From positions 1 to 64,000 of IMG/VR virus record IMGVR_UViG_3300046513_000134: 64,000 bases of DNA, one strand, 5' to 3'. The notes beneath the pieces are model-generated. The model was given only the letters and a program-made list of their open reading frames with translations, was not told the DNA's origin and did no database searches. Shown here in pieces: positions 33,001-42,157 of this stretch (position 1 is its first letter; every line of letters starts with the position of its first letter). This stretch comes from a virus. The translations under genes and the position numbers were made by a program.

Positions 33001-35705
33001 TTGGTCGGGTAGCTCAGCGACTTCCACGTCGCCGCTGTTACCGGAGTGCCGTCTACGTTCCCGGAGCTGTCGCTCCCATCGACGCCAACCCGCACATGCG
33101 GCCGTGACGTGCGGTAGACCTGATAGATAAGACCAGCGGTATTGATCCATGCGGCCAGACTGGTTTCGCCACCGTTGGCGTAGAACTTGCCGTCTGTCGT
33201 TCCGAAGGTCGGCGTTGAGGTGTTGCCGTCAAACTCGATGCCGTCTTCCCGTGACGGGGCGGCTACGTGGCGGGTGCTGATGTCGCCTGTAGCGTAGGCA
33301 TGGATCAGCACCAAGTCGTTGGCTTGAAGAGGGTTGTCAAAGACGATCGGGTTAGCCCCGGCGACGAAGCCGTGCTCGACCAGCGTGATGTCACTGGCGG
33401 GGAGGGTCAGCGGTGCAAAGCTGACGGCAAAGCCTGTGTCCCCGACCCCGCTCCAGTTGTAGGCTAGATCGAGGTAGTAATAGCTGCCCTCTGCATGCTG
33501 GCTCTGGATGATGTAAGAGTTGCCCGCCCCGTCATAGTGATAATAGTCGTAGCGGTCGGGCGACCCGCCACTGGTGAGGACGTCAGATACGAAGTCGAAA
33601 TCATCGGCGCGGATGAAGCCGATAGAGACGCTGCTTTCGTCGGTGTAGGTGTACGGCTGCGCGGCGCTGTCTTCCGGCACATAATTGTAGTGCTCGACTA
33701 CATCTTCGACGCCCAGCATTTCGTGGGCCTGAATGATCTTGTGCGACGCCAGTCCTGTCCCCGCCAACACCAGATTGACGTTGGTCCCGGTCGGGACGGT
33801 GGCCGAGATGACGGTAATGCCGTCATACAGGTAGCCCGAGGTGCCGGGGACGGTGAAGACATTGGCCGTGATGCCGCCAAGCGTGGCGCTGGTGATGGTG
33901 ATCGGGGCGCTGCTGCCGTTGAAGGCCTGCACGATCACAGCAATGACGCGGTCGGTCGCGGCGTGGGCCGTCGCCAGCGTCGAGGTGGTGCCGGAGACGT
34001 GGCTCGCGCTCTCCAGATTTTGCTCGATCAGCCAGACTGGGCCGGTTGCCTTCGGATTGTAGGTCCCGGGCGTGGTGGTGGTAATGTCGGTGCTGACATC
34101 CGTGGTCAGCCCGGCTGCTACGGCCAGCTTCTTGCCAACGCTCTTGATTGCGGCGACGGTGGGGGAAGAGGCAACGGCCAGTCGCTTGGCAACCTGCTTG
34201 CGGGCGACGACGGCCGACGTGGCAGCAATGCTGGCAATCTTTCGCGCCTGTTTAGCAGCGGTAACTGTCGCGGTGGCTGCGATAGCGGTGGTCTTGCGCG
34301 CCTGCTTGATAGCAGCGACTGCAGAAGCCGGGGCGATCGCTAAGGTCCTGCGGGCCTGTTTGAGGGCGCTGACGACGCTGCTGGGTGCAATGGATGCAAT
34401 CTTGCGGGCCTGTTTGAGGGCGCTGACCGTGGTGGCTGACGAGATGGTAACGGTCTTGTTGGTGGTCGAGCCGCCACTGACGGCTGCTTTCAGTGCGACA
34501 AGGATCACCGACCACGGCGCGCCGATCCCGCCGTTACCGTTGGTCTGCGATATGCTGCCGCTCGCGCCTGCGGTCGCCTGCATCTTGTCAGCCGAATAAA
34601 TAAGACCGTCGTAGCGTTCAGTGAAACCGGTCGGCGGTGATAGTGTTCCCGTCGCGTTCCAATCGTGCGAAGACCAAACAAGCAGATCATTTGCGACTGT
34701 CGTCGTGACGCTTGGCGCTATGGTTGTTTGTGTGCCGCCCGGATCGTTAATTGACGCCTTCGAATAAACGTCAACGGGCGAACCGGACGTGATGCAGCCG
34801 GAATACGCACGCAACACGCCATTAGTGTTTGCTGTCGCATGCGTGAAAGTGTAGCTGCCGCTTTCGGACGCGGCACGTTTCCAATAAACGAAAAATCCGC
34901 CCCTGAACGTGTCGCCGCTTGCGTCAGAAACCGCCGTACTATCAATCAATGTGAAACCGGCTGGCGCGGTTGGGGTAACCAAACCGCCGGTGCTGTCATT
35001 GCGACCAGTGAAAATCTCGGCAATCAGAATGTCATCGTTCGCCAGCCCGGCAGGTGCTGTTAGAACGGTACTTGTGTGTGACGCTCCGTACGCAACGGTA
35101 GATAACGAACGGAATAGAATAAGCGGCAATTCCATAACTTCAACAGAAGTCACGATATAGTAAAGATCAGTGCCGCCGAGTGTGATGAAATTAGAAAGTG
35201 GCGCGGTCGTCACAACGCCGTTGCTGTCATGCCCGGCAATTTCTTGCGCCGAAACAATTGCCGACGTTCTGTTAGTGTATCCGGTCGGCGGGGTTTCCAC
35301 CGCCGTGTCAGTCGCCTTATGCGTAGCCATGCGCACAACCCAACTAGGGCCAAGGTTTTGCATGGTCGTTGCAGGATACGAAAGCAGCGTGCCGTCGTTG
35401 GAAAGAATGCTAGACCCGCCAACGACGAGTTTATAACCCGCCGTTGGTCGGTAAACCATGATAAGCAAACCGGTTGCGCCGGTCCATGTTCCCGACGCCA
35501 TGCTTGACGAAGTCGCAACTTGACGTGCAACTACAGCGCCGAACGTATTGACGGCGTTTGTCGCAATGGAGGTCCAACCGGCTGGCATGGTTGGCGGCGT
35601 CTGAACGCCTTCGGTCGAAGCGAACGCAATGAGTAGGTCACCCGCCTGATGCGTCGGCATGGTGACTGAGTTAGTACCAGTGGCCGATCCAACGTAGCTG
35701 GTCAT
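30048..35705 (-). CDS. Giant putative virion fibre/adhesin (1885 aa) with 18-aa tandem repeats and beta-rich domains
   Basis: Thr/Ala/Gly-rich; repeats such as SALKQARKIASIAPSSVV in two blocks; LamG-like W.DRSG..R; C-terminal KVWTGTEW/KVWNGIAW. Confidence 0.75.
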   Translation of the reverse strand: MTSYVGSATGTNSVTMPTHQAGDLLIAFASTEGVQTPPTMPAGWTSIATNAVNTFGAVVARQVATSSSMASGTWTGATGLLIMVYRPTAGYKLVVGGSSILSNDGTLLSYPATTMQNLGPSWVVRMATHKATDTAVETPPTGYTNRTSAIVSAQEIAGHDSNGVVTTAPLSNFITLGGTDLYYIVTSVEVMELPLILFRSLSTVAYGASHTSTVLTAPAGLANDDILIAEIFTGRNDSTGGLVTPTAPAGFTLIDSTAVSDASGDTFRGGFFVYWKRAASESGSYTFTHATANTNGVLRAYSGCITSGSPVDVYSKASINDPGGTQTTIAPSVTTTVANDLLVWSSHDWNATGTLSPPTGFTERYDGLIYSADKMQATAGASGSISQTNGNGGIGAPWSVILVALKAAVSGGSTTNKTVTISSATTVSALKQARKIASIAPSSVVSALKQARRTLAIAPASAVAAIKQARKTTAIAATATVTAAKQARKIASIAATSAVVARKQVAKRLAVASSPTVAAIKSVGKKLAVAAGLTTDVSTDITTTTPGTYNPKATGPVWLIEQNLESASHVSGTTSTLATAHAATDRVIAVIVQAFNGSSAPITITSATLGGITANVFTVPGTSGYLYDGITVISATVPTGTNVNLVLAGTGLASHKIIQAHEMLGVEDVVEHYNYVPEDSAAQPYTYTDESSVSIGFIRADDFDFVSDVLTSGGSPDRYDYYHYDGAGNSYIIQSQHAEGSYYYLDLAYNWSGVGDTGFAVSFAPLTLPASDITLVEHGFVAGANPIVFDNPLQANDLVLIHAYATGDISTRHVAAPSREDGIEFDGNTSTPTFGTTDGKFYANGGETSLAAWINTAGLIYQVYRTSRPHVRVGVDGSDSSGNVDGTPVTAATWKSLSYPTNRNAHRAGIILTDAALADLTTSPYDFWTDVTETGTASGVKYALYHGTPNVGVPDDFPTFDQALGATAGNYANAYYQFFYEYADDDDYFYVAKGLHYPNPRGSKVNGITVTYSNNTPANEALDVDERNVEVGPEFEGRIVAIIIRAVTSTVTGASGFTYRTTNLASNVPFIATAIDASTGIYILTAPIDTNDVLPLDTPNSDGSLTISCADDPGDVHVWGVTSTHVLKGVALVPTQVGLIHPPLGIDGTSLTFDIPASGVAIGTLIFNAETFGEPPLVNLKTKTSVGDFDFLFRREPIWADYTAIEPDEYFQIAANALVYKKATSTDLTDQELVDPDYPGIYIGVVFAPALKKPTDGFSSSAVTLEGWYRSVDPDGFVTPGSDFYNGTAITNWTDRSGHGRTLVKEGTLTYNATGLGTGIPTVDSAAAGAFRTAAGMVYPAGVPVNAFAVLRLASGANLRIVSAITPGGHDAFGTTSGCGPIWNFGTDTFEYFYDFNRAPIAYTPDTPALFEGYATDSTHARSAYNGTPGSTASAGINTPYIDRLGFGTAAFSEGYATARYAELVVVFGIMTADDIAFVEGYIAWNNGLEGSLPSGHTYKSAPPMLLDAGGGSTTFDQAVSIAAALTIALSKRAGKTITLTANPTVTNVKQPSRLLAIAASSVVSAVKRVNRALAITALGTVVTAASRAFLKTLAITATSTVTVGKQVGTKLTVATTATITTLKAIAKSVSLTSALTQTAAAIRVFLKTVAISATATLSLSKQARPTLAIAATSVITTSKQIGTKVYATATAAVTSAKQAAKQVSVSATVTETANAIRVFLKTVSIACSPSVTLIKQSRNTVTIAAASAVIALKQARTTANINIGVSVANLKLIAKLVAMTLTGTVVASGIKVKQVVVNLTVGTTVALKKALSKPIAVLAGIGVTATKAMAKTLNVTTTIYFWISAQFGEFVGPLVKVWTGTEWRIYPLKVWNGIAWIVRKLTVY

Positions 35706-35745
35706 TTGGGTTCCCTACTCAAGGCATATCTGGCAGTCAGACGCT

Positions 35746-36099
35746 TTACGCGAAAGTGGTGTTCATCGTGAAGGCGATGCTGTCACCAGACGCGAGGTTG
35801 ATCACCGTGAAGTCGGCATACATGTCCATGTTGCCGGCCGTAACGGCGTCGAACGCCCCGACTTCGGTGATGGCGCGTGTGGCCGATGCGGTGATCGTTG
35901 CCGTCAGCACCAGCTTGTCGTTGGTGACGGTCGTCGTGCCCTGTACCGGAGTTGCCGAGGAACGGGCCTCGCCCGGTGCCGTGACGTTGGATGCGGTCTT
36001 GGCGGCCGCCGAGCCCGTGCCCCAGCCAAGCCACCATGTCAAGGCAGCGAGGGAAGCGGTGATGCGCGCCAAACCGGCGTTCTGTACCTGTGAAGCCAT
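35746..36099 (-). CDS. Small virion fibre-associated protein
   Basis: ITEVGAFDAVTAGNM...INLASGDSIAFT motif typical of small phage fibre subunits. Confidence 0.7.
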   Translation of the reverse strand: MASQVQNAGLARITASLAALTWWLGWGTGSAAAKTASNVTAPGEARSSATPVQGTTTVTNDKLVLTATITASATRAITEVGAFDAVTAGNMDMYADFTVINLASGDSIAFTMNTTFA

Positions 36100-36102
36100 G
36101 GG

Positions 36103-36279
36103 TTAAGCCTTTCTTCCTTTGAGGAACTGCGTGACGCGCCAAGCGAGCTGCCGCAGCGGGTTTTTGTTGTAGTAAGCGATGGTGCCGAGGTCTTCGACCC
36201 GGCCATCTGCCCGAGTGATGACAGCAGTCAGTCGCGTTTCCTGCACGTCGGTCTGAGTTAAAAAGCCGCCCTTAATCAT
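36103..36279 (-). CDS. Hypothetical protein
   Basis: AVITRADGRVEDLG motif. Confidence 0.6.
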   Translation of the reverse strand: MIKGGFLTQTDVQETRLTAVITRADGRVEDLGTIAYYNKNPLRQLAWRVTQFLKGRKA

Positions 36280-36469
36280 TGGTATCGATCCATATGCTGT
36301 TAACAGTTGGGTTGAGCGGGGGTGTGGTCCCCACGTGGATGTCGAGAAGCGCAGCGGTCCCCGCTCCTTCGATCGAGCCCATTGCCCCGGTTTGCCCGGG
36401 GACGAGGACTTCAATGATCGCCGGGCTGGAGGACACTATGATTTCAATGATGGTGGGCTCAGTTGCCAT
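36272..36469 (-). CDS. Small structural-module protein
   Basis: IHVGTTPP.NP....IWIDT anchor-like motif. Confidence 0.6.
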   Translation of the reverse strand: MATEPTIIEIIVSSSPAIIEVLVPGQTGAMGSIEGAGTAALLDIHVGTTPPLNPTVNSIWIDTND

Positions 36470-36806
36470 TCAGACCTCCTGCAAGGGTGATGGGGCCATA
36501 AAGCAAGGTCTTCTGATCACTGAGGATGAAGCGCTCTATCTCGTAGGTCGCCCCGCCTTGGACGAGATTGTCGGTCAAAGCCGCCGTCTCGGCTGCTGTC
36601 AGGGTGACCGTGGCTTCACCATTGGCCGGATCAATATCCCATCCTGAAACGTCGCTGTCCTTGGTGATCGGGCTGTCCGCGCGGATGGTAAGGACAAGCC
36701 TAGAGCCCGTCAGATCAAACGGCGACCCGTCCGCGTTCTTGAAGCGAAAGCCAAAAGCTTCGGTGTTGCCTTTCCAGACGGATAGGGTCTTCTTCACGGG
36801 GGCCAT
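36459..36806 (-). CDS. BppU-N-like fibre attachment protein
   Basis: GNT..F.F...DGSPFDLTG....L.IR...TVTLTAAETAAL....YEIE. Confidence 0.65.
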   Translation of the reverse strand: MAPVKKTLSVWKGNTEAFGFRFKNADGSPFDLTGSRLVLTIRADSPITKDSDVSGWDIDPANGEATVTLTAAETAALTDNLVQGGATYEIERFILSDQKTLLYGPITLAGGLNGN

Positions 36807-36893
36807 GAGGGGTGCCTTCGATCGGTGCAATTCGTTGCACGCAGCCTTACGGCCCCCGCTTTTTTGGTCAAGCCCCCGTGGTTCGCTAGCGGA

Positions 36894-38519
36894 TCAGGTG
36901 TTCGCCGTGATCCACGCGATCATCGGGTTGTCCAGATGCGGCTGCCCACCCTTGCCGCCACCGGCTACGCGAGGGTGGGTCCCGTCGTCAGACATGTAGC
37001 CGACACCCGGAAGCGCCCAGTAGGTATCCCCGATCGCCTGTGCGTTGGTGAAGGCAGCGGTGACCGTCAGGTCGCCTGCGGTGTTGGTCGAACCCGCCTT
37101 GGTCGCGCCGATGTTGGCCCCGGTCAAAGGCTGCAGGACGCCGTTGGCGAAGGTGCTGTTGCCGGCGTTGTAGTTGGAAGTGAAGCGCGAGGTCGAGACC
37201 ACCGAGGCGACGGTGATAAGCTGGGCTGCAGGCAGCAGGCTATCCTCGCCGGCTACCAGCCAGCGGCCGCTGTCACGCGACGGTTCGCAGGCATCCGCCC
37301 ATTCGACATAGCCATCGAACACGCCGCCACGTACCCATGCGTTGAACAGGCCACGGGCCGAAGATCCCCCGGCTGCGAAGGAGGCGCTGAATGCAGTCAT
37401 CAGCCCGGCGACCAGTGTCGGTTTCCAAGCGGTGACGGTAATCGTCCCGGTGGCGGTAGGCGAGGCCGAGCCGGCGAACAGCAGGGTGATGGTGTTGCTG
37501 CCGGTGTTGATGGCGGTGCAGAACTTGGTACCGTTGTATTCGGTTTCGACGGCCCCGGCGACCGAGTAGAATTGGTTGACCGTGAACTTCGTCGCATCGG
37601 GCACCGTCATGGTGATCAGGGTTCCCGACGATGTGGTCGAGGACGCGGTGATGACCGTGGCGGAAGACGCAGTTCGCGGCAGCATGGTGATGTGGGCGTA
37701 GCGCATACCTGCCGTGCGGACCATGTCACGCGCCGTGGTCAGGTAGCCCTGCAGGGTGGAGAGGGTGACTGCCCCGCCAAAGTCGTTGGTGCCGAAGTTG
37801 GTCATAACCCAATCGACGCCGAGCAGGGCGCAGAGCGCCACTTGCTTGGTGAAGTTGGCCCCGGCGCTTGCCATGTAGGTGGTGGCCGTGGTGCCGGTGA
37901 TCGAGTTGAGGTAGGCAGGGCAGCGACCGGTGGCGGCGGTGATCAGCGAGCCGCCGTTGTTGGTCATGATGCTGTCGCCAAAGCCGCCGATCGCCTTCTT
38001 CAGCAGCGTCGATTTGGCGTAGGTGCGCAGCCCGGCGAAGCCGAGGTTGAGGATGTATGTGGCGGCGTTGGCAACGGTCGAGGCAGCGTTGACCTTGAAG
38101 GTTGCGCCGGCCGGGATCGGGGTCGAGAGGGTGATGTCGGAGGTAGCGACGTTGCCACCTGCGGTGACAGTGACCGCATAGGTGCCGACCTGTGTGCCGA
38201 CCGGGTATTCGATCGAGCCGGTGACGTCATAGGAGGCCGAGGCGTCGGTGGTGCCAGTGGTCCGCAGGGTCCAGCCTTGGAACACCACGGAGGCAATCGA
38301 GATCGCTGCCCCGGACAGGTTGACGAAGTTGGCTCCGTAGGTCTTGGAGGTGCCGTCCCCGGTCAGAGGTGCCGCTCCGCTGTTGTAGCCTGCCCCGTAA
38401 AGGGTGTGGGCCAGCCGGCGAACAAACCGGGGAGAGCCGCCGAGGAGAGGGTGGCCGATGAAGCTGACGCCACCCTGTGTCAGGACATTTCCGGGAATGT
38501 CGCCCCGAACCCGCACCAT
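36894..38519 (-). CDS. SGNH/GDSL hydrolase-domain virion protein (putative polysaccharide deacetylase)
   Basis: FGDSI (block I), NFGTND (block III), DDGTHP (block V). Confidence 0.8.
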   Translation of the reverse strand: MVRVRGDIPGNVLTQGGVSFIGHPLLGGSPRFVRRLAHTLYGAGYNSGAAPLTGDGTSKTYGANFVNLSGAAISIASVVFQGWTLRTTGTTDASASYDVTGSIEYPVGTQVGTYAVTVTAGGNVATSDITLSTPIPAGATFKVNAASTVANAATYILNLGFAGLRTYAKSTLLKKAIGGFGDSIMTNNGGSLITAATGRCPAYLNSITGTTATTYMASAGANFTKQVALCALLGVDWVMTNFGTNDFGGAVTLSTLQGYLTTARDMVRTAGMRYAHITMLPRTASSATVITASSTTSSGTLITMTVPDATKFTVNQFYSVAGAVETEYNGTKFCTAINTGSNTITLLFAGSASPTATGTITVTAWKPTLVAGLMTAFSASFAAGGSSARGLFNAWVRGGVFDGYVEWADACEPSRDSGRWLVAGEDSLLPAAQLITVASVVSTSRFTSNYNAGNSTFANGVLQPLTGANIGATKAGSTNTAGDLTVTAAFTNAQAIGDTYWALPGVGYMSDDGTHPRVAGGGKGGQPHLDNPMIAWITANT

Positions 38520-38524
38520 CTGGA

Positions 38525-38815
38525 TTAAGCCGGGTTGTAGGCAGTGAGGTTGCCGGTGATGACCTGCTGGACGTTGTTGACCTTGACGTTGGCCTTGATC
38601 TTCGCCCAGACCTGCGCGCCCGATGGGATGTTGGTGAACGGGAAGCTGTCGCCGGAGGCCAGCTCGATGGTGCCGACGATGTTGGCCGAGGTGTCCGCAA
38701 CGCCGAGAATGACGACGTTGGTGGTCGAGTTCAGGATCGTGGAGTTGACCACGCTCGACGCGACCGAGACCCAAGTAGCAGCATTGATGGTGGGATTGGT
38801 AACGAAGTTTGACAT
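38525..38815 (-). CDS. Hypothetical beta-rich structural protein
   Basis: Start MSNFVTNP after GAGG. Confidence 0.65.
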   Translation of the reverse strand: MSNFVTNPTINAATWVSVASSVVNSTILNSTTNVVILGVADTSANIVGTIELASGDSFPFTNIPSGAQVWAKIKANVKVNNVQQVITGNLTAYNPA

Positions 38816-38943
38816 GGTGAAGTCCCTCGAACTATGACCGTTAGCTGTGAGGGACGGTATAGCCGAGGGACTTCCAGTGTCAACGCAAGTGGGCTGCGGC
38901 GGGCACCGCCTGCGTTGCCGCTGTGTGCAACATGTTGCACCGA

Positions 38944-39135
38944 TTATTCCGGGCGCAGGACGGTGTCGAGGGCTGAAACAATGCGGTTGCGGACCTCGCG
39001 ATGCAAGATGTCCCGACTGGTATGGCATGACTGGTGGGCGGCGATCATTGAGGCGGCGATGGCCTTGATGGTGTTTTCTGCGATGGCGGCGACATGATGC
39101 TCAATCGCGCCCAGATTGACAGGTGCGTCTTCCAT
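38944..39135 (-). CDS. Hypothetical protein
   Basis: GAGG SD. Confidence 0.55.
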   Translation of the reverse strand: MEDAPVNLGAIEHHVAAIAENTIKAIAASMIAAHQSCHTSRDILHREVRNRIVSALDTVLRPE

Positions 39136-39185
39136 GACTTTACCCCTCTTAAAGTTCGGGAGGCTCGATGGCCCCCCGTTGCAAA

Positions 39186-39407
39186 TCAGATCATCCGTAC
39201 ATCGACCGGGCGCTGCAGATCGTCAAGCACCTCCAAGGCGGACTTAACAGCTTTGATCCGATTGCTGATCTCGATAGCCTCCACCGAAGATGGATACAGG
39301 TGGTTCTTGCGTACCTGAAGAGTGTGAAGGCGATGTGTCAGAGCATGGTGCTCGTTGGAGATGTTCAGCATGATTATCGTTCCCTTAGTTTTTAGACCGG
39401 TGCCCAA
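39186..39407 (-). CDS. Hypothetical protein
   Basis: Downstream of the class-1 promoter at 39462-39490. Confidence 0.5.
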   Translation of the reverse strand: MGTGLKTKGTIIMLNISNEHHALTHRLHTLQVRKNHLYPSSVEAIEISNRIKAVKSALEVLDDLQRPVDVRMI

Positions 39408-39508
39408 CGCGTGACATGGCGATTAGTTCCGTAGTCCGATCAACTCCTTCGATCTGGGTCTATAGTCCCATGGGAGCCACTATTCCGCAAGGGGTAATCC
39501 AGCGAAAG

Positions 39509-40168
39509 TTATAGGGCTCCGCGTTCAACCACGAAGCGACGAAACTGTAGTTTTGGGTCATAACGGTCCCAAACTTTCGCCCATACCGCGTATTCCGGGA
39601 AGTCTGGGTCCTTCAGCACGAGTTGCTTCTCGAATGTGACCACCGAAGGAGGTACGCCCACCAGATGGCATACCGTGGTAGCGTAAGGCATGACGGCCAG
39701 CGTTTCCATGATGTGGGTGCGGATCGGCTGGAACTGCTTGGCCACATCTACCGCAAACTCCTCCTTGAACGTGGGGTCGGTGTGTATATGATTGGTAACG
39801 TAGCCCCAGATCGTCTCGTACTGCTTCCAGTCGATGTTGACGCTGTAGCTCATCAGGTCAGGAGCGAGGCGTTCGACGTAGAACTTCGTGTTGAGGGCCT
39901 GCACCCAGATCGTCCAGCACCCCTTGGTATATTCCCATTGGTACACCAGCTTGAAGTAGTTGGACGGCGTCGTGGGTGAGACCGTGGCTGTCTTCAGCCC
40001 CGACAGCTCACTCTGCCATGAAAAGTTGGAGTTGTACCCTTCGATGGCCCGCTTCAGGATCGTTTGACGCTGCTTCAGATAGCACGTGGCAACGGCCGTC
40101 AGGAACTTTTTGTTGTAGCCGGAAACCTCTGGCCCCGGGGGTATCCCGCCGAGATCGAGTTCGGCCAT
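39509..40168 (-). CDS. Hypothetical protein
   Basis: Start MAELDLGG; coupled. Confidence 0.7.
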   Translation of the reverse strand: MAELDLGGIPPGPEVSGYNKKFLTAVATCYLKQRQTILKRAIEGYNSNFSWQSELSGLKTATVSPTTPSNYFKLVYQWEYTKGCWTIWVQALNTKFYVERLAPDLMSYSVNIDWKQYETIWGYVTNHIHTDPTFKEEFAVDVAKQFQPIRTHIMETLAVMPYATTVCHLVGVPPSVVTFEKQLVLKDPDFPEYAVWAKVWDRYDPKLQFRRFVVERGAL

Positions 40169-40731
40169 CAGCTCTTCTCCCCGCGCTTCAACCGCTCCAT
40201 GCGACCGAGGTAATCTTCGTCGTCTTCGAGGTGCTTCCAGCCGGCGACGTAGCGCAGATCGACGTCCGGGTGGTTGGGGATACCCGGCGTGTTGATGACG
40301 AACGAGTTCCGCACGCCGTCCCAATAGGTGATGATGGTGTGGCCAAGCCCAGTCAGCAGCAGGAAGCGTCGCAGGTGCTGCGGTGGGAAGCGATCGATCG
40401 AGAACCATGTCTCGTAGCGGGTGACGCGGTAGAACGGCGTCCCCTCGTCGGCCCCGTCAGGGGTGGTGTAGAGCCAGTGGTCGCGCAGGATGGTGCCTTC
40501 CTGCTGTTCCTCGGGCGGCAGCACCGCAGCCGGTTGCACGGTGATGATCGGGAAGTTGATGCCCCGCTTGACCGAGTAGCGGATCGGCTCCAGCATCCCC
40601 CACGTCCTGAGACCGAGGGTCAGGCCTGCAGCCCCTAGAGCCAGCCCATATTGACCGGTGACGGCCGCGATGCCGACGACTGATCCTGTGAGTACCATCC
40701 CGGCTTTGATAAGTGTTTTTTCTGAGAACAT
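40168..40731 (-). CDS. Membrane-anchored hypothetical protein
   Basis: N-terminal hydrophobic segments. Confidence 0.65.
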   Translation of the reverse strand: MFSEKTLIKAGMVLTGSVVGIAAVTGQYGLALGAAGLTLGLRTWGMLEPIRYSVKRGINFPIITVQPAAVLPPEEQQEGTILRDHWLYTTPDGADEGTPFYRVTRYETWFSIDRFPPQHLRRFLLLTGLGHTIITYWDGVRNSFVINTPGIPNHPDVDLRYVAGWKHLEDDEDYLGRMERLKRGEKS

Positions 40732-41177
40732 GCCTTCAGCCCTAATTCGATGATTTCTTCCAAACTTAACCCGGTGTCGCGGACCCGCGCAAACAGTTTA
40801 GCGTCGATGCTGGTCTTGACGTTCTTCGAGATGCGGCCGGGGGCCTCCCGCTTGGTGAAAGCGATCAGGTAGTCCCGTGCAATTTGTTGCAGATCGGCCG
40901 GGGTGATCTCCGCACCCGGCAGGGTGACCAATTCGAGCAAGGTCTCCTTGTGCATGTGGCTGTGGTATTGCAGCCCGAGTTTCTTCGCCGTGACGTCGGT
41001 CGGGGTGACGTTGTAGAACCGCCGCAGGGGCGCGCTCCAGTACGAGTTCCTGATCCTGATCAACGGACCTTTGTTCACGGCCTCCAGTACCCGGTACTCA
41101 GGCTTGGTGCGCCCATCCTTGTACCTCGGGTAGACCTTGCCGTTGCGCTTGCGCATGGGGACGACGGTGGCTGACAT
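40635..41177 (-). CDS. Hypothetical basic protein
   Basis: AGGAG SD; start MSATVVP. Confidence 0.6.
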   Translation of the reverse strand: MSATVVPMRKRNGKVYPRYKDGRTKPEYRVLEAVNKGPLIRIRNSYWSAPLRRFYNVTPTDVTAKKLGLQYHSHMHKETLLELVTLPGAEITPADLQQIARDYLIAFTKREAPGRISKNVKTSIDAKLFARVRDTGLSLEEIIELGLKACSQKKHLSKPGWYSQDQSSASRPSPVNMGWL

Positions 41178-41243
41178 GCATACTCCTAATGCAAAGACCA
41201 CCCCTAGCTGGGACTAGGGATGGCTGGCAAGCATATACTATTT

Positions 41244-41609
41244 TCAGTGGGCGTTTTCGCTGACCGTGCCGTTCGGGCCATGCTTGGTCGGGCCGGCCTT
41301 TAGGAACTTCGGCATGTCGCTGAGATCCATTTCGATCGCGCTGGTGATCTCGCTGTCGATCTGCTTCTCCAGCTCGGGGATCAGCGGTGCTTCGAGGTCG
41401 ATGGTGCCCTTGACCGGCGCGACATTGGCCGCATCGAGCGTGGCCTTGGCGGCCCGGAGCGATTGCAGTTTCAGCAGCAAGGACGCCTGCGTCGCATAGT
41501 CCTCGGTGTCTTTGCTGATGTGCTGCTGCAGCGCTTCCTTGACCCGCTGGTACGCTCGGTCGTTGACGAGACGGGCAAAGTTCAGGCTGGCAGTATTCGT
41601 CTGTGTCAT
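41244..41609 (-). CDS. Hypothetical protein
   Basis: Coupled ORF. Confidence 0.7.
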   Translation of the reverse strand: MTQTNTASLNFARLVNDRAYQRVKEALQQHISKDTEDYATQASLLLKLQSLRAAKATLDAANVAPVKGTIDLEAPLIPELEKQIDSEITSAIEMDLSDMPKFLKAGPTKHGPNGTVSENAH

Positions 41610-41953
41610 GCTTCTTCTCCGCGACGGCTGAGTTGATTGTATCCGGCCAAGGTCGTCGCACCAATGACAGGAAACAGGTGGGGCAGTCTGCTTGGGTCCA
41701 TTACCTCGTGGGGACGGAACAAGCTACCTTCAATCGTGATCGGGCGGGGAGTGTTGATCGTGTACCGGATGCCGTAGACGTGACCCGACCGATCGGCCAG
41801 ATACTTCTTTTCGGCCCAGCCGAGATCGACCAGATGGCCCATGGCGTATCGCTCTTGCGAACCGCCGTAACTGAGAGACGCGAAGTCTAAAATCAATTCT
41901 GGTTCTTCCAGCATTTCGCGTCTGATTTGTGCAAGCACTTCATCTCTGACCAT
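41606..41953 (-). CDS. Hypothetical protein (possible winged helix)
   Basis: HLVDLGWAEK...YGIRY. Confidence 0.6.
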   Translation of the reverse strand: MVRDEVLAQIRREMLEEPELILDFASLSYGGSQERYAMGHLVDLGWAEKKYLADRSGHVYGIRYTINTPRPITIEGSLFRPHEVMDPSRLPHLFPVIGATTLAGYNQLSRRGEEA

Positions 41954-42157
41954 CTTCGATCTCCATGACGCACACTCCTTGTTCGCTCATGATTATCAGT
42001 ATGTAGATGGTAGGTTGTAGACAACTCGGTGTCAAATATAAAAAAACGCCTCCGTCCCGTTGGCTCACTCGACACAAGGTCAGGTGCGGGAGGAGGCGTC
42101 TTTGGTCCCCGAAAGGAACAGTCTGGGTATAACGGGTCAGCTAAGTCCCGTCAACCC

